Source: Octopus bimaculoides
Taxonomy: Eukaryota
Assembly (NCBI RefSeq): GCF_001194135.2
Contig: NC_068982.1
Coordinates: 178,076,212 to 178,140,211, forward strand
DNA: 64,000 nt
Direction: 5' to 3'
Shown here: one piece after another, positions 12,221 through 24,600 of the stretch
How the letters are laid out: each line of letters opens with the position of its first letter
Position numbering within the stretch: the first letter of the stretch is position 1
Program-made: the position numbers and the translations under genes
The notes under the pieces: generated by a model
Databases searched by the model: none
Told to the model about the DNA's origin: nothing
The model's input: only the letters and a program-made list of their open reading frames with translations

Positions 12221-12521
12221 TCACTGCCTGGAATGGAACTCGGAATCTTGGAGTTAGTAGCCCGCGCTCTTAACCATATACCCACAGGCATATGGCGTAG
12301 TGGTTAAGAGCGTGGGCTACTAACCCCAAGATTCCAAGTTCAATTCGAGGCAGTGACCTAAATAATAACAATAATAACATCAAAAAATACCTTAGGAATG
12401 AGAACCCAGGTTCGAAATTTTCCCAAGACACCTGATGAAGGCTGGAGGGTATATCAGCTGAAACGTTGTTTTAACAACAAACAAGATGAGGAAAAATATT
12501 TGTCAAATGTAAATAATGTAA
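12002..12521. mobile_element. Inverted-dimer tRNA-headed element carrying hammerhead motifs (family H, copy 1)
   Basis: Two head-to-head arms (12002-~12277 minus, ~12288-12521 plus); A box TGGCGTAGTGG 12293-12303, B box GTTCAATTC 12338-12346; direct repeat TGAAGTAATT at 11992-12001 and 12526-12535. Confidence 0.85.
12427..12472 (+). ncRNA. Putative minimal type I hammerhead ribozyme
   Basis: GACAC-CUGAUGA-A-GGCUG-(10 nt loop)-CAGCU-GAA-ACGU-U-GUUUU; the consensus of four arms restores CAGCC and GUGUU. Folded by eye; activity untested. Confidence 0.7.
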
Positions 12522-13047
12522 ATAGTGAAGTAATTGTTTAAGTTAATGGAACATAGCAAAGCAAATTAATTCTAATTTCTACATCCAGAGATATTGTTCC
12601 TTTATTGGTACTAGACATAGTATCATCATAATTTCTACAAAAATCTGTCCAAAACAGACAAATACCTGAATTGTAAGTTCAAGTTGTGTATCTATCTTTG
12701 AATTTGATATAAAGCATTTTGAAAAAGATACCTCTTCTTAACTTAGTTGCACAATCCAAGGAAGACTTCCCCTCTTAAATTAAAGAAAAGTAAATAAATA
12801 AATAAACTAATCAATATTAATTTAAACAAATTTAAAGAATAATCTTAAATAGAAAATGAACGTCCTTTTTTGAAGGTTACATCTGATTTAATGAATACAT
12901 GATCACTAAGAAACATAAAAACATAATGTCAGTTTGTATAATTATATCCACGAACTTTAATTAATGAAGACATTTCAGAAGTTTGTTACTTCTATTTCCT
13001 TATGACATTTAATATTGTAAAGAAATTTTGATATCTAAAGATATTAA

Positions 13048-13340
13048 GGGGTGCAGGTGTGACTGAATGTCCAAGAAGTTTGTTTCCCAATCATATGGTT
13101 TTGGGTTCAATCCTTTCATGTAGCACCTTCAGCAAGCATTTTCTATTACACTTCCAGGTCAGACAAATCCTTGTGGTGGATTTAGTAGATAGAAATTGAA
13201 AGAAGCTCACTGTATGTGAGAGAGAGAGAGAGAGAGTGATTTCCAATCCTCCATGAAACATGTCTGGCCATGAGGAAATATTACTTATACTTGGAAACAG
13301 ATGAGGGTTGGTGACAGGAAGGGCATCCAGCCATAGAAAA
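13048..13340 (+). mobile_element. tRNA-derived SINE (family D, CORE-like), degenerate
   Basis: Matches 47899-48318 (GGTTCAATCC B box, CACCTT(G/C)..CAAG, AAGCCTTGTG..GGATTT.GTAGA..GAAA.TGAAAGAAGC). Confidence 0.8.
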
Positions 13341-14119
13341 AAAGTATTTGTAATTTTAAGAACAAGTCACAATTTTAAAAAATGTAATATTTTGATAAAC
13401 AATTCTATCAATATACTAAATAGTATTACATATTTGGTAGAAGCTTAGCTTCCCTAAACATTGGACCTTACATTACTTATAACTGAACCTTTTACTTTCA
13501 AGATCATATGAGCAAACAAAAAAAGACTATCAACATCATCATCATCATCACCATGATCATAATGATGGTGATGGTGATGGTGTTGGTGGTAGTTTGTAAG
13601 AATAGCATTTGTGTTAGTCTAGTGTAATAAACTTCAATATGTTGAGTAGTACTTATGGCTTTGTCTTCTTATTCAACAACAGGAGCAGTAGTTGTAGTTG
13701 TATCTACTGTTTATTTCTGAGCCTGTACTTGCTCATAACTCTAATGAACTTCATATAGTATCAGTTTAGACAGCATTGCCATATCTGTTTAGGCAAGTGT
13801 CATTCACCATGACATCAAGCTAACCTAAGTCTTGTGACTGAAATTGGTTAGACAGAAGCCCATGACCAGCTTTGTGTCAGTATCATACTGAACCTTCTAA
13901 AGGACTACATTAGGGAATATAACTTTTTGTGAAACACTCAGCCTCTTATGCTATTATATAAAACAATAAGTACTTCCGTCAGTGAAACACGTCAAACAGA
14001 TGATCAAGCTATGTCAACTGAAGTTGATAAAGGAAGAAATGTTAAGTAATCAACCAATCCTTTATATAATTGAAATATTCAGAACTGCTATTGTATAAAT
14101 ACAAGTTGCACACACACAT

Positions 14120-14174
<55 letters not shown>

Positions 14175-15109
14175 AGCACACACACACGCATGAATATATA
14201 AACGGATATTGAATCAAAACGTTTGTAAGAACCTGCCAATAACCTGAGGCAAATTAAATCTGAAACTAATATCATACAAGATTTGAAGAATTAATTCCAC
14301 AAAACTTTCCTTGTTTTCTTTTTGCAGTGACTGGTTTTTAAACCAAGATTCATAACACTGTAGAGAGATAAGGTGATGTATTTACAGTTAACCATCACAT
14401 GTCCAACTTGGTGTAAACAGCATTAAATCTATTACACAAGGATATAGTGCAACATCCATAACAACTTTTAGACATGTGATCCATAAGTTGACGCCAAATC
14501 CATTTGGATTACTTTTGCTCTTTAAAAACATTTTTTCTTAATTTAACTGATTAGGTGATTTTAGGATTACTAGGCCCTATATCAGTCTTCTCTTTTACAA
14601 AACCAATAGATGTCTATTTTGTGCAAAAACTTAACTGAAATAACATAAATCCTTAAAAGATTAGTTATTGATATTTCCAACCTACACCTTTCCATCTACA
14701 ATTCAACTATTATGTGCCACTCATACAAAAAAAATGCAGGATGTAATTTTAGAGACATGGCACTATCAGGATCTAGTCTCTCTTCTACTCTTTTTAGCTT
14801 ATATCTACATGATCTTCCAACATCCTTATAGAAAAATGACATCTCTGTTAAACACTCCGCAACCACTTCAAACACTTTAAAATCTGGTTCCAGTACAGAG
14901 ACAAAAAGTAACCTACCAAATATACTATCTACCATCTTTCTAAAAAGATCAAAGCGCATCAAATATAACAAACTATCATTCTCAACAAATAAACATAAGT
15001 CACACACATGCAAAATACACAAAAACGACCCCAAAATTTAAGAATTACTAACATGTTTACAACATTTACAGTCCACACAGGACATATAGTAAAAAAATTA
15101 AAGTGAAAT

Positions 15110-15578
15110 CGAAATAGAGTTAAATTCGACGACTGGCACCCATGCCAATGTCGTCTCCTTCATTGGACACAAAACTCAGCTTGCGAAGACTTGTTGGGGC
15201 AGGCGAAATCGTGATGGCACCTGTGCCCAGCGTCGCCTTTCTGGCACTTGTGCCCGCGGCATGTGTAAGGACTTTCGAGCGAGATCGTTGCCAGTGCCCC
15301 TGGACTGGCTCTAGTGCGGGTGGCACATAAAATACACCATTTTGAGCGTGGCCATTGCCAGTACCGCCTGACTGGCCTTCGTGCCGGTGGCACGTAAAAG
15401 CACCCACTACACTCTCGGAGTGGTTGGCGTTAGGAAGGGCATCCAGCTGTAGAAACTCTGCCAAATCAGATTGGAGACTGGTGTAGCCATCTGATTTCAC
15501 CAGTCCGCAATCAAATCATCCAACCCATGCCAGCATGGAAAGCGGGCGTTAAACGACGATGATGATGATGATGATGAA
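15110..15578 (+). mobile_element. RTE LINE 3' UTR copy (family A)
   Basis: Collinear with 8450-8875; ends in (GAT)n. Confidence 0.9.
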
Positions 15579-16164
15579 GTGATATGAAACCCAAAAAGAA
15601 CACATGCAGACACTGCATTTGACTAACAAAGAAACAGCAACATCAGTGTACAAACAATATATTAGATTTGTGGATTATGACAGACCTGTCTCATTCCCCT
15701 AGCTCTCCATAACAAAACACAAGTAACTATAAAGACTAAAAATAAGCTCACAAATCACAACCCTAACATAACAAAAATAATAAAAATCAAAAACCCTAAA
15801 TATGCAAAGCACACAGTTTGTAGTTACATCAAATCTAACCCACAGTCATAACTGTTACATGTTCAATCCTCTAAACATGCAAACAGATCTACCTTACTAT
15901 CCCACATCCACTATTTCTCCCCTTCAGTCCAGACAAACAAAAATAGCAGCAGCATCAACAGCCTCATTATCTCCAAAAACTGTGCTGGGATAACCTATAA
16001 TAAGTGTAGCAGAAAATTAGTTGTCCAACTTTGATCGAGTTCAACTTATTTGCTTTTGTTGTGGGTACTGCCACATCTACACATTTACACTATGCAACAT
16101 CTCTTTATTCTTTTAGGATAATAGTGTGAAATTTGAGGAAGATTTAGCTGATATATTAGTACAC

Positions 16165-16206
<42 letters not shown>

Positions 16207-16624
16207 AGTTGTTCCTTTGCTGGACTGGTCACAGCTAGAATGTCTTTGACCATAGATTTACTTCATCAAGGCTGACTTGAGATTAAACAATAACAGTCAA
16301 CAATTGTTAAGACACAAACAAAATTCATCATGCCAAGATTGCTAAACTACAACATCTATACTACTGCATGTCAATGAGATGGAGGTATGTTATACTTGGA
16401 GTGATGAATTTGTAGATTACACCTAGTATTCCAGCTGAATACCTACATGGCACAGGTCATCATCATGTATCTGGAGTTCTGAATCTAGTTGTTCAGTTGA
16501 AGACTTGCATGTTATCATTCAAGTTGTATTTGGAGTACTAAATCTTTACATTACGCCAAAGTTGTTCAACCAAAGAGCTACATAGCACAGGTCATCTAGA
16601 GCCTATGTCATTTATATATTTAAT

Positions 16625-16689
16625 CAGAGTTATACTAACAAACATCTCAGAGTCATACTAACAAACATCTCAGAGTCATACTAACAAAC
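16625..16689. repeat. 23-bp tandem repeat x~2.8 (CAGAGTCATACTAACAAACATCT)
   Basis: Directly visible. Confidence 0.9.
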
Positions 16690-16754
16690 TAAGCACTATC
16701 CCACTTCAATGATTATAACAAATGTCCACAGAGTTTTCGATAGAGAAATAATAA

Positions 16755-16973
16755 TTAACCCTTTAGCATTTAAACCAGTCATATCAGGTCAAAATATTCC
16801 ACTTGTTTTATGTTCAAACTCACCAAATCCAGCCTTTCATAGCTACCCTATTCAAAAAACAAACAATCATATCATCAAAACCTTGAATTTGAAGATAATG
16901 CATGATTACTTCAAAATAATGTGAACAAGTATGCATTACATTTGACAGAGTAAACTGAATGCTAATGGGTTAA
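16755..16973 (+). mobile_element. TTAA-flanked MITE, copy 2
   Basis: TTAACCCTTTAGCATTTAAA...GAATGCTAATGGGTTAA; collinear with 332-560. Confidence 0.85.
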
Positions 16974-18932
16974 AACTTTAACGCTGTTACCACTACTACC
17001 ATAAACTTCACAGTTTTTCAACCTACTAGAAACAGCAGCCAAATTTTCCTCTAATCATAACCTACCATCTTAAAAAAGAAAGGATACATTGGACAAAGTC
17101 CTACATACACAAAAAGGAGTGGTCGTGACTGGAATGCTGATGATGATAAGTTTGCCTGACAGAGTGATAATTAATGACATCACTTATTATCAGTGTTACC
17201 ATCACTATTATCATGGCATATATTTGAACAACATTTTCCCTATTTCACACACATAAATCCTAAATGTATTCCTGCCATTGCTACTCATTATCACCACCAA
17301 CATGCTGCAGTTTTATACATTTTAGTGTCATTGTTGTCAATATATTCTCACATTCACATTATACAGCCAGCAAACTTGTTCCCTTTCCGTTGCTCCATGT
17401 GATGTGTCTATATTTTCACAACACATCATACAGTGTACTTTTTTCTATTGACAGAGCATTCCTTTATTTTTAGCAATGGAAGTTTCCTGAGCTTCTTGAC
17501 ACTACAAAACTTAAGATGTTATAAAATAAGCAGCCTAACCAGAGCACTAATCACATAACTTGTGTAACAATCTGTGTACACACTGCATCAAGTGAACCAT
17601 CATAATTGTCCATAATCTTCATTGTTGAAAGCCGACATAAAAATTAGTCTTTTGCTATACTTTTTACACAAAAAGGTATTTTTCACTTTACGGACTACTA
17701 AATATAGTATCATCTACACTTGTACAACCAGTTTGCCTACATCACATAGATGACTGAATTTACTTCTATTTCATATCATCTCAATGTTTTGCTCCTCAAG
17801 AAATATCCTTTTCTTTATAGATAAGTTATACAAGGGTATGAAATAAGATTTCTTCATATGACCTTTTCATCCTGAAATTCCAACCTTTTAAGTCTGATAA
17901 GAATCTAAGATTAGAACCAACCTCTTGTGATTTAACTATTTCTAACCAGAGCAGTTTGGAATGAGCAGTAGCTAACAAACAGCAGTGTGCTAACAAGGTT
18001 TGAAGTTTGTGCAAGACAGCCACAGTAATTGCTCATAATGTTAGTTTTACATTTCATGCATATACATTAGTTTGTAAACTATATGCCCAAGATCAACACC
18101 AATTTGTTGCAAATATATAGATACATATCTACAGAGTTTTATTGATTTAGAACAGAATCTTTCCTTCAAACCCTATCAATTTTCAAATGTCAGGTAGTGT
18201 CCAAAAAATGTAGCTTCATTAAAAATCATATCAGTCTCAAGAATTAAAAATGCAATAAAATTAGTCCAAATAATTGGGGGGGGGGATTGTTTCAAATAAT
18301 GAACGAGAAAGAGAAATACATGATACATCAAAGATGAAATATATTTGTTTGGCTTCAGATATAATACTAAAGTTCATAGATATTACCTTATATCAATAAA
18401 CACCTATGCAAAGTATGGGTAAATATTAATTCAAAAGAACTGCTCTATTTTTGTTTAGCAGCAATTAATATTAATTTTTTTTCCATAGTACTTTTTAAAT
18501 ATTTTATCAAAAGAGGAAGGTAGGCACCTATAACCATTTTCTCTGGTCCTCTGACTGATAAGAAGTTTCCCTCAGGCTGAATACCTGCAATGAGATGGGC
18601 AGCCAGTTTAATACCAACACTTGAGTGTTGGTATTAAACTGGCTGACAGATTAAGTTTACTACCCAAGAACAAGAAAGGTTCCTCTGACAGGCTTCACCA
18701 CAATTTCAAATAAATTTCACTCACATGGTTTTGGCCAGCTTGAAGCTATGGTAGAAAATATTTGCTCAAAACGTAGCAGTGAGTTTGAACACAACATAGA
18801 GTTGCAAAGTGAAATTCTTAATGACACCTGAATTCGGTGAAGAATTACTAGATGTTTGTCTTTATGAATTTATATAACAAAACTAAATAAGCAATGTAAA
18901 AATTACAGTTAAGAAACTAAATTAAATTATTT

Positions 18933-19200
18933 GCCAGTGCCCCTGGACTGGCTCTTGTGTGGGTGGCACATAAAAGACACCATTTCGAGCGTGGCCGTTT
19001 TTGTGCGGGTGACACGTAAAAGCACCCACTACACTCTCTGAGTGGTTGGCGTTAGGAAGGGCATCCAGCTGTAGAAACTCTGCCAAATTAGATTGGAGCC
19101 TGGTGTAGCCATCCGGTTTCACCAGTCCTCAGTCAAATCGTCCAACCCATGCTAGCATGGAAAGCGGACGTTAAACGTTGATGATGATGATGATGATCAT
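18933..19200 (+). mobile_element. RTE 3'-end copy (family A), young
   Basis: Near-identical to 22955-23233 and 15290-15578. Confidence 0.9.
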
Positions 19201-19489
19201 CATCATCATCATTTTACGTTTGCTTTCAATGCAAGCATGGCCTGGATAGAGCATCACTTTCCCAATCAGGTCTTATTCAGAGTTACCACTCTTTTAGGCA
19301 TGGTCAGGTGACCACAACTTGCTCATATATTACTTTAACACAGTTTCCATGACTGAATACTTTTTCTGTACTGGGTGCATTTTATTGTTGCACTAGTACG
19401 AGAAAGGTGTGGGGTGGAGTGATAGGATACAGTGACTAGAAGATGACAAATAGATAAAAGAAAGTGCATTGAATAGGCACCAATCATTA

Positions 19490-19810
19490 GGGGTTTTTTT
19501 TCCATTTCCTTTGCTCTTTGTTCTTGCACACTACATCTCATGTCTCTTACATGCAGTTTTTCTCTCAATTCATTGATACTTTGCCATTCATGCACACTAA
19601 CATTGTACATCCATACTTCTTTACTTTCTTGTCTTCATAAATTCTCTACATTCCACACCCACAGTTTGCTATTGTGCAGCATTGCACAATCTGTTTTACA
19701 CTCTGAGGGAGAAGCTTTTTGATGCCTGCAGAGATAATAGTTTCCTGAATTTCCTCCAGCCCATTCTTACTCTAGCTGCTACACTTTCGGAACACCTATT
19801 CCTAGGATGC
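19490..19810 (-). mobile_element. RTE LINE RT-thumb fragment, inverted
   Basis: ORF 19335-19610 gives MYNVSVHEWQSINELREKLHVRDMRCSVQE, homologous to MCNVSVHTRLSVSTLREKL. Confidence 0.8.
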
Positions 19811-19939
19811 AAAAACTATCAATCAATTCTAAGAAGACAATCAAGGTATTTAAGAGAATCCACTTCTAAGATGTTTATCATGCTTGCTGCTTCAACATAT
19901 GCACTATATACATACATACATACATATATATATATATAT

Positions 19940-21556
19940 ATGGAGAAATTAGCATACATGAGATGCAATTTGGATTTGTGCCAGGGAAAAGCACTACCAA
20001 TGCTATCTTCCTGATGCAGCAACTGCAGGAGAAATACTTGGGCAAAAATAAACATCTGCTTCTGGCTTTTGACAGGGTTCCCCACTCCCTTATCTGGTGG
20101 ACAATGCAGATGCCAGGGACAGATGAGTGGTTAGTGAGAGCTGTACAAGCCATGTATAGGGATGCCATTAGTAAGGTGAGAGTCATCAATGAGCATAGCA
20201 AGGAGTTTAGTGTACAAGTAGGAGCCCACAAGGGGTTGGTTTTTAGCCCCCTCTTATTTATCATGATCCTCCAAGCTATAACTGAGGAATTTGAGACTGG
20301 CTGCTCCTCGGAGCTCCTTTATGCTGGTGACCTTGTTCTTATTGCTGAATCGCTTACCAGAACTAGAGAAGCTTCAGGTATTGAAGCAAGGTTTGGAACC
20401 AAAGGGTCATAGGGTTAATGTAGCAAAGACCAAAGTATTGATAAGTAGGAAAACAGATAAATCACAGATACCTTCAGAGAGATAGCCTTGCTCAATATGT
20501 AGAAAAGGTGTCAGGGGAAATTCCATAAGGTGTACTCAGTGCAAGCTATGGACACATAAGAGGTGCAGCGGTATCATTCGATGACTAACAGAGAAAGTAG
20601 TCTTCACATGTGGCAGCTGTACAGGTACATTAAATACCAGGAATGTACAAAAAATAGACTCCTTCATATGCCAAGGGAGATCCCTAAAAGTACTAGACAG
20701 TTTCTGTTACTTAGGTGACCAAGTTAGTAGTGGGGGTGGTTGTTCTGAAAGTATAGCTGCTAAAATAAGAATAGACTGGGCAAAATTCAAAGAGCTACTA
20801 CCCCTGTTAGTAACAAAGGGCCTCTCTCTCAGAGTGAAAGGCAGATTGTACGGTGCCAGTGTACGGACAGCTATGCTACATGGCAGTGAGACATGGGCTA
20901 TGACTACAGAGGATATGTGAAGACTTGAAAGACATGAAGCCAGTATGCTTCACTGAATGGGTAATGTCAGTGTGCACATATGACAGAGTGTAAGTGTTTT
21001 GAGAGAAAAAAATGGGTATATGTAACATCAGGTGATGTGTGCAAAAGAAAAGACTGCATTGGTTTGGCCATGTAATGCATATGAATGAGGACAGCTGCAT
21101 CAGGAGGTGCCAAACTCTAACTGTAGAGAGAACATGGGGAAGCAGTAGCCCCAAAAAGATGTGGGATGAAGTGGTGAGAAAGGATCTACAAATGTTAGGA
21201 CTCACAGAGGGGATTACAGATCAAGACTCTTGGTGGTTTGCTGTGCTTGAAAAGACATATCAAGTTAAGTAAAAGCATGGTTGCCCTTGCATACAAGCTT
21301 GTCCCTTGCAACCCCCTCCAGCTGAGTATCTCTAATCTTGTGAGCTTGTAGGTGCTGGTGCCATGTAAAAAGCATCCATGCCAGTGCTGCATAAAAGCAT
21401 CCAGTACACACTATAAGGTGGTTAGCATTAGGAAGGGCATCCAACTGTACAAATCACGTCAAAACAAACATGGAGCCTGAACAGCCCTTCAGCTGGTCAG
21501 CTTCTGTCAAACCATCCAACCCATGCTAGCATGGAAAACGGATGTTAAAGGATAAT
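19940..21556 (+). mobile_element. 5'-truncated, frameshifted RTE LINE (RT, C4HC3 finger, tail)
   Basis: MQFGFVPGKSTTNAIF...AFDRVP...GAHKGLVFSPLLF...ELLYAGDLVL, KGHRVNVAKTKV, RLHWFGHV; family A tail to 21556. Confidence 0.9.
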
Positions 21557-21964
21557 GAAATATAATGACTACAAAATATGAATCTTTTTTTAAAGGTATT
21601 TTAAACACAGGTTAAACCTATAAAATATTTTTCGCAAAAATATTCAGCAATGAGAATATCCTGAAGTCCTTTGTTATTGAGGTTTCAATTACCAAATGTT
21701 CAGTAATTGACAAAATAGGTAGCACTACGAGTTACAATATAAGAGTACAATCTAGAAATCTGACTCCAAAGAAAGAGACTATCTCCCTTTTTACCAGCAA
21801 CATCCATCACAAGCCAGAAGTAAAACACGTCTACATCATCATTCACAAAACACAGAAAAGCATATAAAAAACAAAATCATACACATACTTAGAACACTTT
21901 CAGTCAAACAATATATTAAGTTCCCTGAGAACAAATTATACTTATTCTGGTATAATTCTTAGTG

Positions 21965-22147
21965 ACCCTGTCAGTGCTGGTGCCATGTAAAAAGCACTCA
22001 GTCCACACAGTGGGGTGGCTGGTTTTAGGAAGGACATCCAGCTGTAAAAACCATGCCAAAACAGACACAGTAGCCTTGTGCAGTCTTCTACTTGGCTGAC
22101 TCCTGTGAAACTGTCCAATCCATGCCAGCATGGAAGGCAGACATTAA

Positions 22148-22196
<49 letters not shown>
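21965..22196 (+). mobile_element. Family A 3'-end copy with long (GAT)n
   Basis: Shared tail sequence. Confidence 0.85.
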
Positions 22197-22198
<2 letters not shown>

Positions 22199-22754
22199 CT
22201 GTCTTTTTTCTCCTCTTAATCAGTTAGTCAATGACTGACAAAATCTCAACTAATCCAATTAATCTAAATATACTGAGTCCTTGAACTCACTCCACAGGGA
22301 GGGTACAGTATGAATACTTGGATAAGAAACAATATATTGGAGCAGGTGCAGTGGTAGTAGATGTAAAAGAGGTAAGGGAGAAGAAACAGTGCACCTGAGA
22401 TGTCTGTGGTTGTAATGAGTTTCTGCCATCAATCAAATGACTATCTCTTGGATGAAGTCTAAAGTGTATGTATATATGTATGTGTGAGAGAGAGAGAGAG
22501 AGAGTGTGTGTGTGTGTGTGTGTATGGGGAGAGACAAAGAAACAAACAGGAATACCATCTCAAATATTCCAAGAGTACTCCAATGTAGGTGAGATTTAAA
22601 ACTTTATATTGAGTCAGCAACTAATACTGTCTGGCCTTGAAGAAAAAGCTTAGCCTTTGTGATATTATTGGACAATGTTATTTGTGGGGTTGTCGTATGA
22701 GATCACCAATTGTTAGGCTCAACATTTTTACTAACTTTACTTTTGCATAAAGGG

Positions 22755-23233
22755 AGTGGCACGTAAAAAGCACCCAGCACACTCTGTAAAGTGGTTTACA
22801 TTAGGAAAGGCATCCAGCCTTAGAAACCATGCCAAAACAGACAACTGGAGTCTGGCTAGTTCCTGTCAAACTGTTCAACCAATGCCAGCATGAAAAACAG
22901 ACATTAAACGATGATGATGATGAGAGTGTAGTGCAATACTGTTTTCTTGACAAGTGCCCCTGGACTGGCTCTTGTGCGGGTGGCACATAAAAGACACCAT
23001 TTCGAGCGTGGCCGTTGCCAGTATTGCCTGACTGGCCTTCGTGCGGGTGACACGTAAAAGCACCTACTACACTCTCTGAGTGGTTGGCGTTAGGAAGGGC
23101 ATCCAGCTGTAGAAACTCTGCCAAATTTAGATTGGAGCCTGGTGTTGCCATCCGGTTTCACCAGTCCTCAGTCAAATCGTCCAACCCATGCTAGCATGGA
23201 AAGCGGATGTTAAACGATGATGATGATGATGAT
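22755..23233 (+). mobile_element. Two adjacent family A 3'-end copies
   Basis: Two tails ending in (GAT)n at ~22922 and ~23233. Confidence 0.85.
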
Positions 23234-23399
23234 GTACTGGACCAGGTTAAAATTGTTTGATACAGGTAATGAAAGACAAGCAAAGAGTCATTGCAAAATT
23301 GATTAGGAACAGGATTAGCTTGGATGAGAAACAGTTCAACTTTGTGCTAGGAAGCGGTACCACCAATATAATATTCCAAGTGAGTAACTAGGAGTAAGC

Positions 23400-24600
23400 C
23401 CCTACACTTAGTGTTTTCAGACATGGATGTCTTTGGCAGGATTTCTTGTTCTGTGATATAGTGGTTGCTAAAGAAACTAGGGGTAGACAAATGGTTCGTA
23501 AAGGCTGTGCAAGTTATGCACAAGGGTATACAGTCAGCAAAGTGACTCAGCAAAGAGTTCTGTAATTCAATTTAGTATGCCAGTATGGGTCCATCAGAAC
23601 TCGGTCCCCACCACCCCCACCAATTTATTCTAGTCATCCAAACCATAACAGAAGAGTTTAAAACAGGTTATCTGTGGGAAGTCAGTCATCTAGCTCATAA
23701 AATAAGTGTTTAAAACCAGCTCTCTACGATTGTGACCTAGTTCTCAAGGGTGAATTAGAAGAAATTCCAAACATGGAAACAAAACTTGAAATTAAGATGT
23801 TTATATCGTAATTTAGTAAAAACCAAAGTTCTAGTAAGTAGGAGAGATGAAACCTGTTACTATTAAGAAAATGATTATGCTCAAATGTAGAATGGGAGAA
23901 AAGAGAAATTCCATACAGTGCATCCAGTGTAGACGAAAGACACACAAGAGATATAATGGGATCACAGGCTAAGGAGAGAAGGTAAACTTCATAGGCAGTA
24001 GGTGCATAAGGCAATAAGCACCAAGAGCACATGTGAAACAGATTCTCCCAAAATGTTTGGAAGGCTCCCTAGTAGTTGATTGCTTCTGTTACACAGGTAA
24101 CCTAATTAGTAGTGGAAGTAAGTACAACAAAAACATGGCAGCCAGAGTAAGAATGGGTTAGAAAAAATTTAGCAAACTATTACTTCTAGTAGCAACACAG
24201 GGCTTCTCCTTCAAAGTGATAGGGAGACTGTATGATGCTTGTGTACAAAGTGTGATACTGCATGGTAGTAGGTCCTCTAGAGGACTTGTCAACACTAGAA
24301 AGAAAAAAAAGCAAGCATTTTCTCCTGGATGTATAATGTCAGTGTGCAACAACAACAGAATACAAATGAGCTGAGAGTAAAACTGGATATTAGAGGAATT
24401 AAATGTAGTGTGCAAAAGAAAAGAGTGTGTTGATACAGACATGGAATATATATGGGGGATGGGAGCTATATCTAGAAATGCTGAGTGGAAGATATAGAGA
24501 CTGAGGAATTCTTGGGATGAAGAGTAATTTCAGCATGTTACAGATCTTGAAAGTGATGACAAAAAAACCAAGATAATTGGTAACACACAGTTCTGGAAAG
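23400..24600 (+). mobile_element. Highly decayed RTE LINE RT fragment
   Basis: Patches homologous to the other copies (TGGTTCGTAAAGGCTGTGCAAG, CAAAAACATGGCAGCCAGAGTAAGAATGGG, CTGTATGATGCTTGTGTACAAAG, AAATGTAGTGTGCAAAAG). Confidence 0.75.

Noticed and set aside
12288-12360. tRNA gene
   Set aside because: A/B boxes and an anticodon-like arm are present, but I see no closing acceptor stem, and it is fused to repeat body in four arms; it is a SINE head. The same applies to heads at 47899, 54060-54127 and 63450-63523.
14696-15034. 112-aa ORF as possible GRB2 exon 2
   Set aside because: No SH3/SH2 motifs and no convincing splice sites.
19500-21270. Twin-priming 5' inversion
   Set aside because: The inverted piece duplicates the 3' part of the forward copy instead of lying upstream of it, so these are two insertions.
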